A stretch of 63,188 nt of DNA, filler included. It is 5 parts of 5 records of this genome, joined end to end, with 100 filler letters (N's around TTAATTAATTAA, not from the genome) between each part and the next. Parts side by side here need not be neighbours in the genome. Positions count along the whole stretch, not along the records: positions 5,384 to 16,126 come from DRR378314_1400; positions 16,227 to 37,572 come from DRR378314_1403; 3 more parts are not named here. One strand, 5' to 3'. The first letter of the stretch is position 1. Every line of letters begins with the position of its first letter. The notes under the pieces are model-generated. The model ran no database searches and was not told where the DNA came from. It saw only the letters and a program-made list of their open reading frames with translations. The position numbers were made by a program, and so were the translations under genes. Positions 10,894 to 21,639 of this stretch are shown one piece after another.

Positions 10894-11896
10894 TTATGGT
10901 TTCTATGCCGCCTTCCACATTTTTCAGATTGTGAAAGCCAAATTCATTTTTGAGTATCTCTATGGCGTTTTTGCTTCGCTTTCCTGACTGGCAGAACACA
11001 AAAACTTCCTGATTGTTCGGTATTTCCTGATATCGTGACGTTAAATCATTCAAAGGTATGCTCAGTACTTTTTTACCTTTTGGTTTGGGCTGCTCGAATA
11101 CTTCACGCACATCAAGATACCAGTGTTCTGCATTTTTTAAATCGCAATCAATATAAACGGGAGATATCCCTTCTTTCCTTATTTTTTCTATTTCTTCAGG
11201 GCGCTTATTTATTTTGATGGTCTGCTCACTGGCTTGCATCATGTTGATGAGCTTTAACTTACCCGACAATACTTCTCCTGTCTCCAAAATAACCTTAAGG
11301 ACTTCAGCAGCTTGCAGGGTTCCCAGAATACCTGGCAGTACACCCAATACACCCGTAGCCTCACAACTGATGTTCTGTCGCGTGCTTTTCGGAAACACAC
11401 ATCGGTAAGTGGGCCCATCGTTATAATTAAAGACCGACAATTGCCCTTCATTTTTATAAATGGAGGCAAAAACCCAAGGTTTATCGGCCAATATACAGGC
11501 ATCATTAAGCAAATACTTGGTTTCAAAATTGTCGGTTCCGTCCAAAATAACATCATATTGGCTGATGATTTTCTGGGCATTGTCCGAAGTCAATGGCTCT
11601 TCATAACTTTCAAATTGCACTTCGCTGTTCTGTTTTTCCAAATGTTCTTTGGCCACAAGCGCTTTGGGTTTTCCCACGTCCGATTCTTGAAACAACACTT
11701 GTCTGTGCAAATTGGATATATCGACTTTGTCGTGATCCATTAGACCAATTTTGCCCACTCCGGCACCTACCAAATACATCGCGGCGGGACAGCCCAAACC
11801 TCCAACACCAACAATCAACACTTTGGCATTGCGAAGTTTCTCTTGCCCTTCCGGCCCTACTTCCTTGAGTTTTATTTGTCTGTCGTATCTGCTCAT
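10883..11896 (-). CDS. moeB: MoeB adenylyltransferase with C-terminal rhodanese domain
   Basis: RYDRQ, GVGGLG, SNLHRQ, DGTDNF; C-terminal rhodanese loop CQSGKRS. Confidence 0.95.
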   Translation of the reverse strand: MSRYDRQIKLKEVGPEGQEKLRNAKVLIVGVGGLGCPAAMYLVGAGVGKIGLMDHDKVDISNLHRQVLFQESDVGKPKALVAKEHLEKQNSEVQFESYEEPLTSDNAQKIISQYDVILDGTDNFETKYLLNDACILADKPWVFASIYKNEGQLSVFNYNDGPTYRCVFPKSTRQNISCEATGVLGVLPGILGTLQAAEVLKVILETGEVLSGKLKLINMMQASEQTIKINKRPEEIEKIRKEGISPVYIDCDLKNAEHWYLDVREVFEQPKPKGKKVLSIPLNDLTSRYQEIPNNQEVFVFCQSGKRSKNAIEILKNEFGFHNLKNVEGGIETIIDG

Positions 11897-12129
11897 CCTC
11901 CTGCGAACGGTGGCAATAAGGCCACTTCGTCCCCATCTATTAGGGTTATTTTATCATCCAAATTTTGATTTACCGCGATTTGAACCGAATCTTTATCCGC
12001 AATCGAAAGTCCATTCAGGCACTGTGCTTTTAGATCCGAAGCGGTAAGTTGTCCTTTGAGTTCCATCACTTCTTCGGACTTATCGGCGGCTTCAGCCACC
12101 AAACCGAAATATTTAACGGTCACTTTCAT
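11893..12129 (-). CDS. moaD: Sulfur carrier MoaD
   Basis: 78-aa ubiquitin-like protein ending DGDEVALLPPFAGG. Confidence 0.95.
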   Translation of the reverse strand: MKVTVKYFGLVAEAADKSEEVMELKGQLTASDLKAQCLNGLSIADKDSVQIAVNQNLDDKITLIDGDEVALLPPFAGG

Positions 12130-12731
12130 ACATCCATTTGTTTTAGTTCCTGCACATCTTCTTCGGTATCTACATCAAATCCTCCGTTTTTGAAGGTTTC
12201 CGTGCAGAAATTAAAATTTTCCAAGTGCATTAGCTTCTTGGCTCCTTCGTCTCCTTCCAATTTCAACAACAGCGGAAATGCTGCTTTACCAAAAATGGCT
12301 GGAACGCCAATATTATCACCATACTTTGAATACGTAGCTTTTGGATTCTTGGTCAATTGGGTGTGTACCAACTTGATTAAATTGACACGTTCCAAAAAGG
12401 GTTGGTCGGATACCAGAAATAATATATGGTCCAGTTCGTTTTCCTCCACCAATGCAGCTTGCAACCCTATTTTAATGCTGGATGCCATACCTTGTTCCCA
12501 ATTGGGATTAATCACCACTTTAAAACCATCCGAGCTTATCTTTTGCTGAATTTTGTCTTGATTGGCACCCAGTACCAAAATCTTGGTCTGAAATCCTAAC
12601 ATATCCACTTTATCCATCGTGTGCTCCAAGAGGGTCTTTCCTTTGAATTCCACCAACTGTTTGGGTCGGCCCAATCTTGATGAGCCTCCTGCCGCCAAAA
12701 CCACAACCGTTATGTTTTCTTCTGCGCTCAA
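12126..12731 (-). CDS. mocA: MocA-like molybdenum cofactor cytidylyltransferase (NTP transferase)
   Basis: LAAGGSSRLGRPKQL, WEQGMASSI, SDQP, GDEGAK, DVDT. TTG start overlaps the xdhC stop. Confidence 0.8.
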   Translation of the reverse strand: MSAEENITVVVLAAGGSSRLGRPKQLVEFKGKTLLEHTMDKVDMLGFQTKILVLGANQDKIQQKISSDGFKVVINPNWEQGMASSIKIGLQAALVEENELDHILFLVSDQPFLERVNLIKLVHTQLTKNPKATYSKYGDNIGVPAIFGKAAFPLLLKLEGDEGAKKLMHLENFNFCTETFKNGGFDVDTEEDVQELKQMDV

Positions 12732-13882
12732 AGGGTTATTTTTTGAAATTGGTTTGCTGTTGTATCGTGAATGGGTTCTGTTTTCTGCTTCAAGGGTCGG
12801 GCATTTTTATTTTTCAATACACTTTGAATTTCTGCCAGAATGGACAATCCAATCTCTGCAGGTGTCTCTGCTCCTATTTCCAGCCCTACGGGTGCGTGGA
12901 TTTTGTTCAAATCCTCTTTGGATACTTCAATACCTTCATCCGCCAACTCGTTGAGCATACGCTCGTATTTTTTTAAAGGCCCAAGAATACCGATATAAGG
13001 TATCTCGGTTTTGCCCAGCAATAGCTTCAGGACAGCCAAATCATAGTTATAATTGTGGCTCATCAGTACAAAACAAGTCCAGTTGTCTATCTTGATATTT
13101 TCCAGGGTTTCTTCAGGCTTTGCTACAATTACTTGACACGAACCTACAAAACGCTCTTTGTTCGCGTGTGTGGGACGTCCATCGGTTACGGTTACGTTCC
13201 AGCCCAATAAATCGGCCTGTTGCGCCAAAATTTGGGCATCGTTCCCTGCTCCTACCAAAACCAAGTTAACTGGTGGTTGATGCTTTTGAATAAATACGTA
13301 ATGCTTCTCACCATCAATCTCCAGCTCTCCAAAACAGGAGTCACCTTCATTGATAACCTCTTTGCTTTTAAAAAGCAAAGCTTTGTTCAAATTATCGGGG
13401 ATTGGCTTGCTCGCAACAGCATGATTTTCATCTGCAATCAAAACAGTTCCGCGTTGTTTCCGGCTTTTATCCAAGTTAAAAACAATTGAGATTGCCATTG
13501 GAACTTCCTGTTCGGCAACCCTTCTTAAAAGTTCACAGGAATTATTGGCATCGGTATAATCTACAGGTTCAAAAAGCACCTGAATGATGCCATTACAGCC
13601 CAATTGTGCACCGAGTACCGCATCATCTTCGTCACTGGTATCATAAGTGACCAGTTTGTTTTCTTGTCTGTCCAAGGCAAAAAGTGCCTTTCTAAGCGCA
13701 TCTCCTTCCAAACAACCTCCGCTAATGGCTCCCGTGATGTTTCCGTATTCGTCCACCAACATTCGTGCACCTGCCCTGCGATAAGAAGAACCATCGACAT
13801 GCACCACGGTAGCCAAAATACAGCGAATGTTCTGTGCTTTCAACTCCGAATAACGCGATATGATGACGTCCATCTCTCTCAT
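12728..13882 (-). CDS. xdhC: XdhC/CoxI family Moco sulfuration and insertion chaperone
   Basis: LATVVHVDGSSYRRAGARM, SGGCLE, LGCNG, SHNYNYD, YIGILGP, PVGLEIGAETPAEI. Confidence 0.93.
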   Translation of the reverse strand: MREMDVIISRYSELKAQNIRCILATVVHVDGSSYRRAGARMLVDEYGNITGAISGGCLEGDALRKALFALDRQENKLVTYDTSDEDDAVLGAQLGCNGIIQVLFEPVDYTDANNSCELLRRVAEQEVPMAISIVFNLDKSRKQRGTVLIADENHAVASKPIPDNLNKALLFKSKEVINEGDSCFGELEIDGEKHYVFIQKHQPPVNLVLVGAGNDAQILAQQADLLGWNVTVTDGRPTHANKERFVGSCQVIVAKPEETLENIKIDNWTCFVLMSHNYNYDLAVLKLLLGKTEIPYIGILGPLKKYERMLNELADEGIEVSKEDLNKIHAPVGLEIGAETPAEIGLSILAEIQSVLKNKNARPLKQKTEPIHDTTANQFQKITL

Positions 13883-15033
13883 ATACTAACGGTTTTTAGT
13901 TGGTTGATGGCTTTTTTGATTTCGGATACGACCTGTTCAATATCTTCAGAAGTTGTGTTGCGACCTGTACTGATGCGCAAACTTGCCAGAGCAACATCGT
14001 TTTCAACTCCCATAGCTTTTAACACGTGAGATGGATTCACTTGATTGGCTGTACAGGCGGAACCCCGAGACACGGCCAATTTATTCAAATAGCGAAGCAA
14101 TTTTGTGCCATCCACTCCTTTGAAGGAAACATTGGTGGTATTGGGCAATCGATTTTCTTTGACGCAGTTTATAGTTGTTCCCTCAATGGTTAAAAGAGCT
14201 TCTTCCAATTGGCTTCGTAAGCTCGACTGCTTTTGATGGTTTTCCTCAAGGTTTTGTTGAGCAATTTCACAAGCTTCTCCAAAACCAACAATACCTGGAA
14301 CATTCAAAGTTCCTGGACGGACTCCTTTTTCTTGATTGCCTCCATACAAATGCCTCTCAACAGAAATGTTGTTGTTTTTATTTAAATAAAGTGCACCAAT
14401 GCCTTTAGGTCCATATGTTTTGTGAGAAGAAAAAATAGCTATGTCAATTCCCGAACCCTGCAGGTCAACTGGAATTTTACCAACGGCTTGCGTAATATCG
14501 GACATCACAGTCACTCCTTTGGAGTGCGCTAATTCGGTTATACTTGTTATAGGATGAATCAAGCCTGTTTCGTTGTTGGCCAGCATCAGACAAACCATAA
14601 TTGTATCCGGCTTTATGGATTCTTCCAACTCATTCAAATCAACATTGCCATTTGTGTCAACATCCAAATAAGTGACCTCAAATCCATCTGCTTCCAACGC
14701 TTCCAATGGTTCAAGTACTGCTTTATGTTCCGTTTTACAGCTAATAATATGGTTTCCTTTGTTACTATTCTTTTTACAGAACCCAAACAGAGCCAAATTG
14801 GCCGCCTCCGTGGCACCAGAAGTAAAAGTTAATTCAACAGGCCTGCTATTCACAAGACCGGCAACCTTGTTTCTGGCTATTTCCACAGCTTCATCGGCAT
14901 ACCACCCAAAGGAATGGTCACTACTAGCGTTGCCGAAATTATCGGTAAAATAAGGCAACATAGCATCCACCACCCGAGAGTCAGTCGGCGTGGTGGCATT
15001 GTAATCCAGATATATTTTTTTGTTTAGAGACAA
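13879..15033 (-). CDS. iscS: Group I cysteine desulfurase (IscS/NifS-like)
   Basis: YLDYNATTP, NNETG, PLP lysine SSHKTYGPKG, catalytic SRGSAC. TTG start. Confidence 0.93.
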   Translation of the reverse strand: MSLNKKIYLDYNATTPTDSRVVDAMLPYFTDNFGNASSDHSFGWYADEAVEIARNKVAGLVNSRPVELTFTSGATEAANLALFGFCKKNSNKGNHIISCKTEHKAVLEPLEALEADGFEVTYLDVDTNGNVDLNELEESIKPDTIMVCLMLANNETGLIHPITSITELAHSKGVTVMSDITQAVGKIPVDLQGSGIDIAIFSSHKTYGPKGIGALYLNKNNNISVERHLYGGNQEKGVRPGTLNVPGIVGFGEACEIAQQNLEENHQKQSSLRSQLEEALLTIEGTTINCVKENRLPNTTNVSFKGVDGTKLLRYLNKLAVSRGSACTANQVNPSHVLKAMGVENDVALASLRISTGRNTTSEDIEQVVSEIKKAINQLKTVSI

Positions 15034-15041
15034 ATTATCGT

Positions 15042-15065
15042 CGTTATGTACATGTATGCATAACG
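15042..15065. promoter_or_regulatory. ModE-binding box
   Basis: CGTTATGTA-catgta-TGCATAACG is a 9-6-9 dyad fitting the ModE consensus CGnTATATA-N6-TATATAnCG. It lies 8 nt upstream of the first codon of the Moco operon. Confidence 0.8.
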
Positions 15066-15154
15066 CAATTTAATAAGAATAACAGCGACTTGCACACATT
15101 TTTCAAATCATTATGAAATAAATCTTAAAGAATTCTTGGGCAAACCATCCTTTA

Positions 15155-15170
15155 ATCGTAATATTGCAAT
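15155..15170. promoter_or_regulatory. Putative ArsR operator 1
   Basis: Imperfect palindrome ATCGTAAT-ATTGCAAT, 15 nt upstream of arsR. Confidence 0.7.
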
Positions 15171-15185
15171 GAATAAATATAGATT

Positions 15186-15515
15186 ATGGGCCTGGCCAAA
15201 ACAGAAATATTCACCGACAAGCAGAACCAAATTGCGCAGTATGCCAAAGTTTTTGGACATCCTGCCCGTGTGGCCATTTTGCAGTATTTGTATAAGTTGA
15301 ATGCTTGTGTTTGTGGTGATTTGGTGGATGAAATTGGTTTGGCTCAACCCACTATCTCTCAACACCTTAAAGAATTGAAGCAGTTGGGGCTCATAAAAGG
15401 TAATGTTGAAGGTACAAGCGTTTGCTATTGTATTGATGCTGACAATTGGAAAAAGATGAAGGTTGTGATGTCCGACTTTCTGGACCAAGACCTGAATCAA
15501 AAAGATTGCTGCTAA
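15186..15515 (+). CDS. arsR: ArsR/SmtB family metalloregulator
   Basis: KVFGHPARVAIL, CVCGDL, LAQPTISQHLKELK; C-terminal CC. Confidence 0.92.
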   Translation: MGLAKTEIFTDKQNQIAQYAKVFGHPARVAILQYLYKLNACVCGDLVDEIGLAQPTISQHLKELKQLGLIKGNVEGTSVCYCIDADNWKKMKVVMSDFLDQDLNQKDCC

Positions 15516-15533
15516 AAAAATTTGAATATATTA

Positions 15534-15549
15534 ATCGTAATATTACAAT
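15534..15549. promoter_or_regulatory. Putative ArsR operator 2
   Basis: ATCGTAAT-ATTACAAT differs by one base from operator 1, has the same TTA 5' flank, and lies 14 nt upstream of the next gene. Confidence 0.7.
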
Positions 15550-15563
15550 AAATAGATGTTATT

Positions 15564-16031
15564 ATGAAGTTAGAAGAAGTAAAATCAGCCCTTGAACATT
15601 TGGAAACCATTGCTTTTCAATTACCCAACGGGGAATTGGTGCCCAACCACTTTCACGTTACCGAAGTGGGTAAAATTACCAAGCATTTTATTGATTGTGG
15701 TGGCACTGTGCGCAATGAAGAGGTCGTAAATTTCCAGCTTTGGAACGCCAATGATTATGACCATAGACTCCACCCTGAAAAACTGGTCAACATTATTGAG
15801 CTGTCCCAAAAAACGCTGAACATCGGAGATTTAGAGGTGGAAGTGGAATATCAAGGTCAGACCATAGAAAAATTTGCCCTGGATTTTGACGGTACCAATT
15901 TTCTACTGACCACCAAGCAAACTGATTGTTTGGCAAAAGACCAATGCGGGGTACCTGCCGAAAAGCCAAAGGTGAAATTATCCGAAGTCCAAAATACACA
16001 GGCCTGCGCTCCAGGTAGCGGATGTTGTTAA
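15564..16031 (+). CDS. DUF6428 family protein (ars-operon associated)
   Basis: HFHVTEVG, FIDCGG, EVEYQ, TDCLAKDQCG and C-terminal CAPGSGCC. Typical second gene of flavobacterial ars operons. Confidence 0.85.
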   Translation: MKLEEVKSALEHLETIAFQLPNGELVPNHFHVTEVGKITKHFIDCGGTVRNEEVVNFQLWNANDYDHRLHPEKLVNIIELSQKTLNIGDLEVEVEYQGQTIEKFALDFDGTNFLLTTKQTDCLAKDQCGVPAEKPKVKLSEVQNTQACAPGSGCC

Positions 16032-16126
16032 TCCCGCTAAAACACTCTGGACTTTAGGTCCATAGGTTTAGGAAAGAAAATTCTTTGTCGCATCCAGTAT
16101 CAAGTCCTCCCTTAATCCCTCCAAAG

Positions 16127-16226
16127 NNNNNNNNNNNNNNNNNNNNNNNNNNNNNNNNNNNNNNNNNNNNTTAATTAATTAANNNNNNNNNNNNNNNNNN
16201 NNNNNNNNNNNNNNNNNNNNNNNNNN
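16127..16226. other. Artificial contig spacer
   Basis: N44-TTAATTAATTAA-N44. Confidence 0.99.
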
Positions 16227-16718
16227 CCCTCGACGAGTGAGATACTCTTCAGGTGCTGCATGTGCAGCGCAGCCTGTCTGATGCGGGGAGGCCAGGAGGG
16301 CGGCCCCGCATCACAACGCTGCTGGCAAGCGCCGTGCGCGCACTGTTGCCTGCGCGAGCGCTCGACAGCTTCGTTCGCATGCCACAGTGCTGCTGCAAGT
16401 TCCCTGGCAAGCAAGGCGCGCTCACACCCGATGGTTGAAGGGCACTTGCCGCTGGCTCTAATTATAATGAACAAGCAGCGTACAGGACATGGGGAGGGAA
16501 GGGGATGTAGCGGTGATCTCGCCATTGCGCGCTGCGGCAGGCGCTTGGCACGCAGCGCCGCTTGCCAAGGGCGTGCGGGGGCCTGGGTAGCACCTCACAG
16601 CTTCGAATCCGACTTGGTCGCCGTTGCTATTTATTTATTTATTTGGTTTATCATTTGTATACATTTTTTTGCTTTCTTTGTCAGCCCTGCATATTCTCCG
16701 CCAAACGCACCGCGTACG

Positions 16719-17401
16719 ATGCCAATCTACGACAAAGATCAGCCGTCATCCGCGCCGCGGACACAGGAGACTGCGATCGAGTTTTTGCGTGCTCGCGATA
16801 AGCGCGTGTACGACGGCTGGCTCAAGGTTGCGGAAGCCAAGCTCGTGCGCGAGAAGCTCCGCGAGTGCTACGAGACCGAAGGCGTCAACCACTTTCAGGT
16901 GCGCCTGGCGGCGCTGCGCGATTCATGTCGAAACGCTCACCGCCCGTTTTCGTCTGGACAGTTCTCCGCTAGGTTAAAAGCTGTCTTGAAGCGGTGCATG
17001 TTGTCAGGGTTGTACTAAGAGCGCGCGCAGACGTTTCGCGAGACGCTCACGTCCCCGTGCGCGGACCGCAAGTCGACGCGGTACGCTCCCCAAGAGGCCT
17101 GCGCCCGCACGAGTTTCTGCGCGCCCGGCTCACCTCCGCGAATGTCGCGTATCTTGGTGGTATCTCCCGCCTCCGTCTGCGTTGCCTTCATGCAGTCGTG
17201 TCGCGAACTTGTTAAAGAGTACTTGAGCATGATCCGACAGCCGTTTTTCCCCCAGGTAAGCAGGCCGAGTCCGCGCCGTCTGCTGCCGCGCCTTGTGCGG
17301 CGTTGTCACCTTCCAGCTTCGTTTCTCGCCGCGCCCCTAATGCGTTCCTGTTTCCGCCCTAACCCTCTGTGTACGTGCAGCAAAAGGAGCAAAAGGCATA
17401 G
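16719..17401 (+). CDS. NDUFB10: NADH:ubiquinone oxidoreductase subunit NDUFB10 (PDSW), 3 exons, 86 aa
   Basis: join(16719..16898,17196..17255,17381..17401) with GT-AG introns gives EAKLVREKLRECYETEGVNHFQ|SCRELVKEYL, matching the family motif CY..EGVNH...C. CTAAC branch site before exon 3. Confidence 0.85.
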
Positions 17402-17549
17402 CTGGGGACCGCTGCTGTAGCAAGCTGCATGACTGTATTACATGAATGATATCGCAATGTGTGGCGCGATTGCGGAATCCCGCGCAGCACCAATGCCAGC
17501 GCACTGCGCTCGTGAAGGCGTTGAACAGCACAGGCCGCCGAAGGCCACA

Positions 17550-20500
17550 TCAGAACCCCGCCTTTCGCCTTCTTCCCGTATACTTCGAGTCCCGCTTTGT
17601 TTCGTGCCCGCGGCGCCGTGTCTTTTCCTTTTTGCGAAGAACTTTACTCTGTACAGTGAAACGGCCGCCAAGCAGATACAACGCACATCGGTAGGCTGTG
17701 AAAGGCGGCAACGCCAAGCGCTTGAACTTGGAACAGTCGGAATCTGACACCTGACAGCAGTCGTGCAGCCAACGCACCTTGCGCGACTCGTCCGCATCGT
17801 TCCCTCCGCGACGACGTTTCCGTGACCTCTCACTTCAGAAACAATAAAACACCATAGCGGGTTACAAGGAATACGAGGGTGAGAAAGGAAGCGGCAGCAA
17901 AGGAGAACGAAACAAAGGCCCGTAAGACGCGACTACTCGGTTCAACAACAAGCACGAGTGCGACAGCAGGCAGAGCAAGGCGGGTGGCGAAAATCCCACC
18001 CTCTGCCCACCCCGTAGCACAGCAGATGCTGCAGCGCGCCCTATCACTAACAAAACACTATGCATTGACACCAAGGTTTATCAACATCATCGACCCGCAA
18101 CTTTCTGCCGGGAACAAAGCAGCGCGACGGAAAACATGGCCGATGCACTAATCGCCAGGGTCAACAGAACGGTGCCATGCCGCTCGCCACGGCAACACTG
18201 CCGGCCAACGCGTGGCACGCGGCCATCTGCGCGCACGTACCGCTGTGCCACGGCAACGGAATGTCCTCGGCCTTCTTCCGTGCCAAGACCACTCGGCAAG
18301 TTGGTGGACGATTCGTCGTGGCCTGCAAAGAGACACAAAAAGTACTTCTTCGCACGCGCCGAGTTCGGATAATCGACCACCAGGCCCCCGGAGAACCCCG
18401 ATTGCAGGGCACACTGATTGATCAGCTCCATCTGCGCTCCCACAAGGCACACGCGGAGAACATGACAGAAGAAATCAATTACTGCTCGTATGTACACCAT
18501 CCACTTGCAAAACCGAGGATACACGCAAGCATCGCAACGAGGTGCTCTTGGAAGAGCACCTATGTGTGTGTACGCCTCAAATCTCCACGGGTCTAACCCT
18601 AGGAAGGACAGCGACCACCACTCCAGCTTTGCATCCAACCGCGCTATCAACCTTGCCAAACAAACACTGATACCTTTTTGTACTGCAGAATATGTGAAGA
18701 AATATGGAAAAGTCAATTTCGTGTGCCGCGCAATAATCGCACTTCTGCGCCCGGCAGCCGAGCGCGACGTACCTGCTCGGGGTTTTCGGGATAGAACTGG
18801 AAGACCGCACGAGCTCCGCGTCGCATGCAGCCGTACAGCGTCGTGAAGAGCTGGCGCAAACGCTTGCGCGGACTGAGACCAGTCTGGACTCGAAACGCAC
18901 GCGTGACGCAAAGGAAACAATATGCTGAGCTTAGCCCGCCAACTCCGAGCAACTTTCGCAAGCGCACGCAGCCCAATCATCACCCGGTAAGGAGAGACTT
19001 TTTCACAACGAGCACGACTTTAACCCCCCAAAAAAATGTTTTTGATCGTAACCACGTCTCCTTCCGTGCAAACGTAGACCACGTTAATGCGAACACCGCC
19101 GCCTCAATGAAACAAACGAACATGATGTTCCAACGAGGACTATTGTTCTCTTTATAGGCGAGAGCACACTGCACCAGCAAGATCGTGACTCGACGGGTTC
19201 CCAACCACCCGTCGCCACTACGGACGACCTGATGGCCAAGCCAGATTCGCCAGCGCGCAGTCCCAACAAGGATCAGCAACAGCAAACGAAGGAAACCCAC
19301 TTCCGCAAGCGTAAAAAAGGTATGTAAACAGCAGGCACATCTGGAGCCTGCAGGCCCAGTGCCAAAAAAAAAAGTGCACCCCGCACCTTGTCCGCGTTGC
19401 ATAGCCACTGAAGCGCCGATATACTGATAACCCCATCAAACACCCCGGCTCGAAATGAGACGCCTTTGATGGCCAAGGAACAAAACAAAAATCCAAGAAA
19501 ATCGTAACCGCAGCATATTTGTAAGCCATGTGAGCCAGAACAAAAAAATGGTTGGTATCATGACCCCACTGCGACGCAGCCAGATCAGCCCGCATATTGA
19601 CGAGCCATGCGCACCGAGAGGTGCGCCACGTTGCGCCACCACGATCCACAACCACCCATCAATAAAAGCGAAGCACACGTCACCGCCCGAGAGCAAGTAA
19701 CACCGTAGCACACCCTGTCCCATGTCGTGCTCAAAAAGGTCCGCGTCAACTTCGCGCTCTCGCGCAGTCTCGAGCATGGATCGCGAAATATCACAGCCAA
19801 TCCACAGATGTCCGTTCTCCTCCAACACTTCGCCGCTCAGGCCCTGCGCAGGAGCATTACAACAAAATGCAAAGCAGTGGAGAACCGCCATCCGCCGCCG
19901 CAAATATAACACCGAGCCACCATCAGAGAAAGTGAAGGCTGGATGACAGCGCGCGACCAAGTACCGAGCCGTAGCTTCCGCACATTTACCCCTTATTCGC
20001 CATCAGTGCACGGCGCGCCCCTCGCTACGCAGTCGAAGAGCCAACGCAACATTGGAAACAGTGCCCCGCCGTTTGCCCTGCTTCGGCCGCGCTTCACAGT
20101 GCACGCAGAACCACGCTATCGGGCACCCATGGCGCACAGAGAAGTAATCCATCCCGCACGGATTATTGATTCGAAGCAGAGAATCATTCTTTACGACGAA
20201 TCACCCAATGGAGAGCTACGTAGCAAAATCGTACAATATCAAAGTCTACACACATCACCCCGCAGGAGAAGTGGCTCGATGGCCGCAGCAGCGCAATACG
20301 CATTCTGCACACCTCAAGGCGAAGCAGGCATAACACCCGCCGCTCTTTGCGCACTGGAGGCAGAAACGCCTTGCGCAGCAAAATCCTACAAAGAGAGACC
20401 CGGTTTACCAAAGCAAACGTAGCCCTGATGCCAACGACTGTCATGCGACAAGCTCGGCCAGTTCCAGCACATGTTTCGTGTGCGACGGCGGCAACACGTA

Positions 20501-21639
20501 CGCTTCCGCAGCCAATGTCGAGCAGCAGCTTTGGCGCCCCATCGTCGGGCAAGTTCAGCAGCTCCAGCGCGCGCGTAGTCATCTGCGCCTGAATTTGAAG
20601 CATTCGTGAGCTTCCCGAGTACTTCTTCGCCTCCTTGTCATTGTAAAACTGCACGTATGCGTAGTTCACAATCAATCAGAGACGTGCAGACGGAGAGAGG
20701 TATTCGCCTAGACCAACGGTCTCTCTCGCTCCCTACGTGTAGCACAAACGCCTAGCGCAATAGGATACTCTTGTCACGTATCGCCGACCTTGGCAACAAT
20801 GAGAAGAAAAAATTTGATACAATATAAAGCAACCATACGTTGCCTAGCTGAAAACCAACAAGGTGGGAATCTACGCACCCTGGAGGCAACGGAGTCATCC
20901 ACACAACAACCTACACGTTCCACGCGACATGCGCGCCGCGCACCGCGCACTGCACTACGTCCGCATCTACCAGGAGCCTGGAAAGAAACCTACTCGAGAT
21001 GCCAGCTCTGCACAGCACAGGGAAAGGTGCACAAATGGCTACACCAGTATGCATATATATTGCATGTACGCGCAAGCAGTTGGTCTCACGTCGACGACGC
21101 GTGGGCTGCAATACCCCGGGTAGCAAAGACGCTGCAGCCGTCGCGCGCTCCTCGCCGGCAGCTCCGCACGGTAGTGCGTGCGCCGCCGAAGCAAACGCCA
21201 AACTTGAGCGACGTGCAACAAACAAAGCCAAGTTTGCAACGCCCCTCTGGACAGCACACAACACTGCATGTTGCTCCAGCTTGTGCAGAATTCCAACAAA
21301 ATGCGGGGTACCGGCTCTGATCTACGGCAACAGACGCGAGAAACGAGTGGCGGCCTGCGCGCTGCGGTAGGCAAAGTGCCACGCCAAAGAAGAGAAGAAA
21401 ACAAACAACCACCAGCCCAAAGCAACACGCCAGCACAACAAGTTCCCCCGTCCTCCCCGGGGAGCACCTGGTAACGAAGTTCAGCGAGCAAATTGCGCGC
21501 AATCAACTCAGTTATACATGCGCGGCCTGTCTCCTGCCGAACGCTTCATCCGCATCCTCCCTGACGTTGCCAAGCGTGCAGGCCCGCCAAGCCACGCTCG
21601 TACCACTTCAGGGGGAGCGAGATGCTCCGGGCGACTCAT
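17550..21639 (-). CDS. BUD23: 18S rRNA m7G methyltransferase BUD23/WBSCR22, 8 exons
   Basis: Exons 21639-21604, 20648-20502, 19843-19714, 19463-19387, 18883-18773, 18431-18241, 17832-17778, 17648-17550. All GT-AG and phase-consistent. Motifs [63 protein letters not shown]. Confidence 0.93.

Noticed and set aside
9550-11896. MoaC-MoaB and MoeB-rhodanese fusions as novelties
   Set aside because: Both fusions are well known and common in Bacteroidota.
15111-15500. 129-aa ORF antisense to arsR, and similar shadow ORFs across both bacterial contigs
   Set aside because: They lie opposite well-supported genes and carry no motifs.
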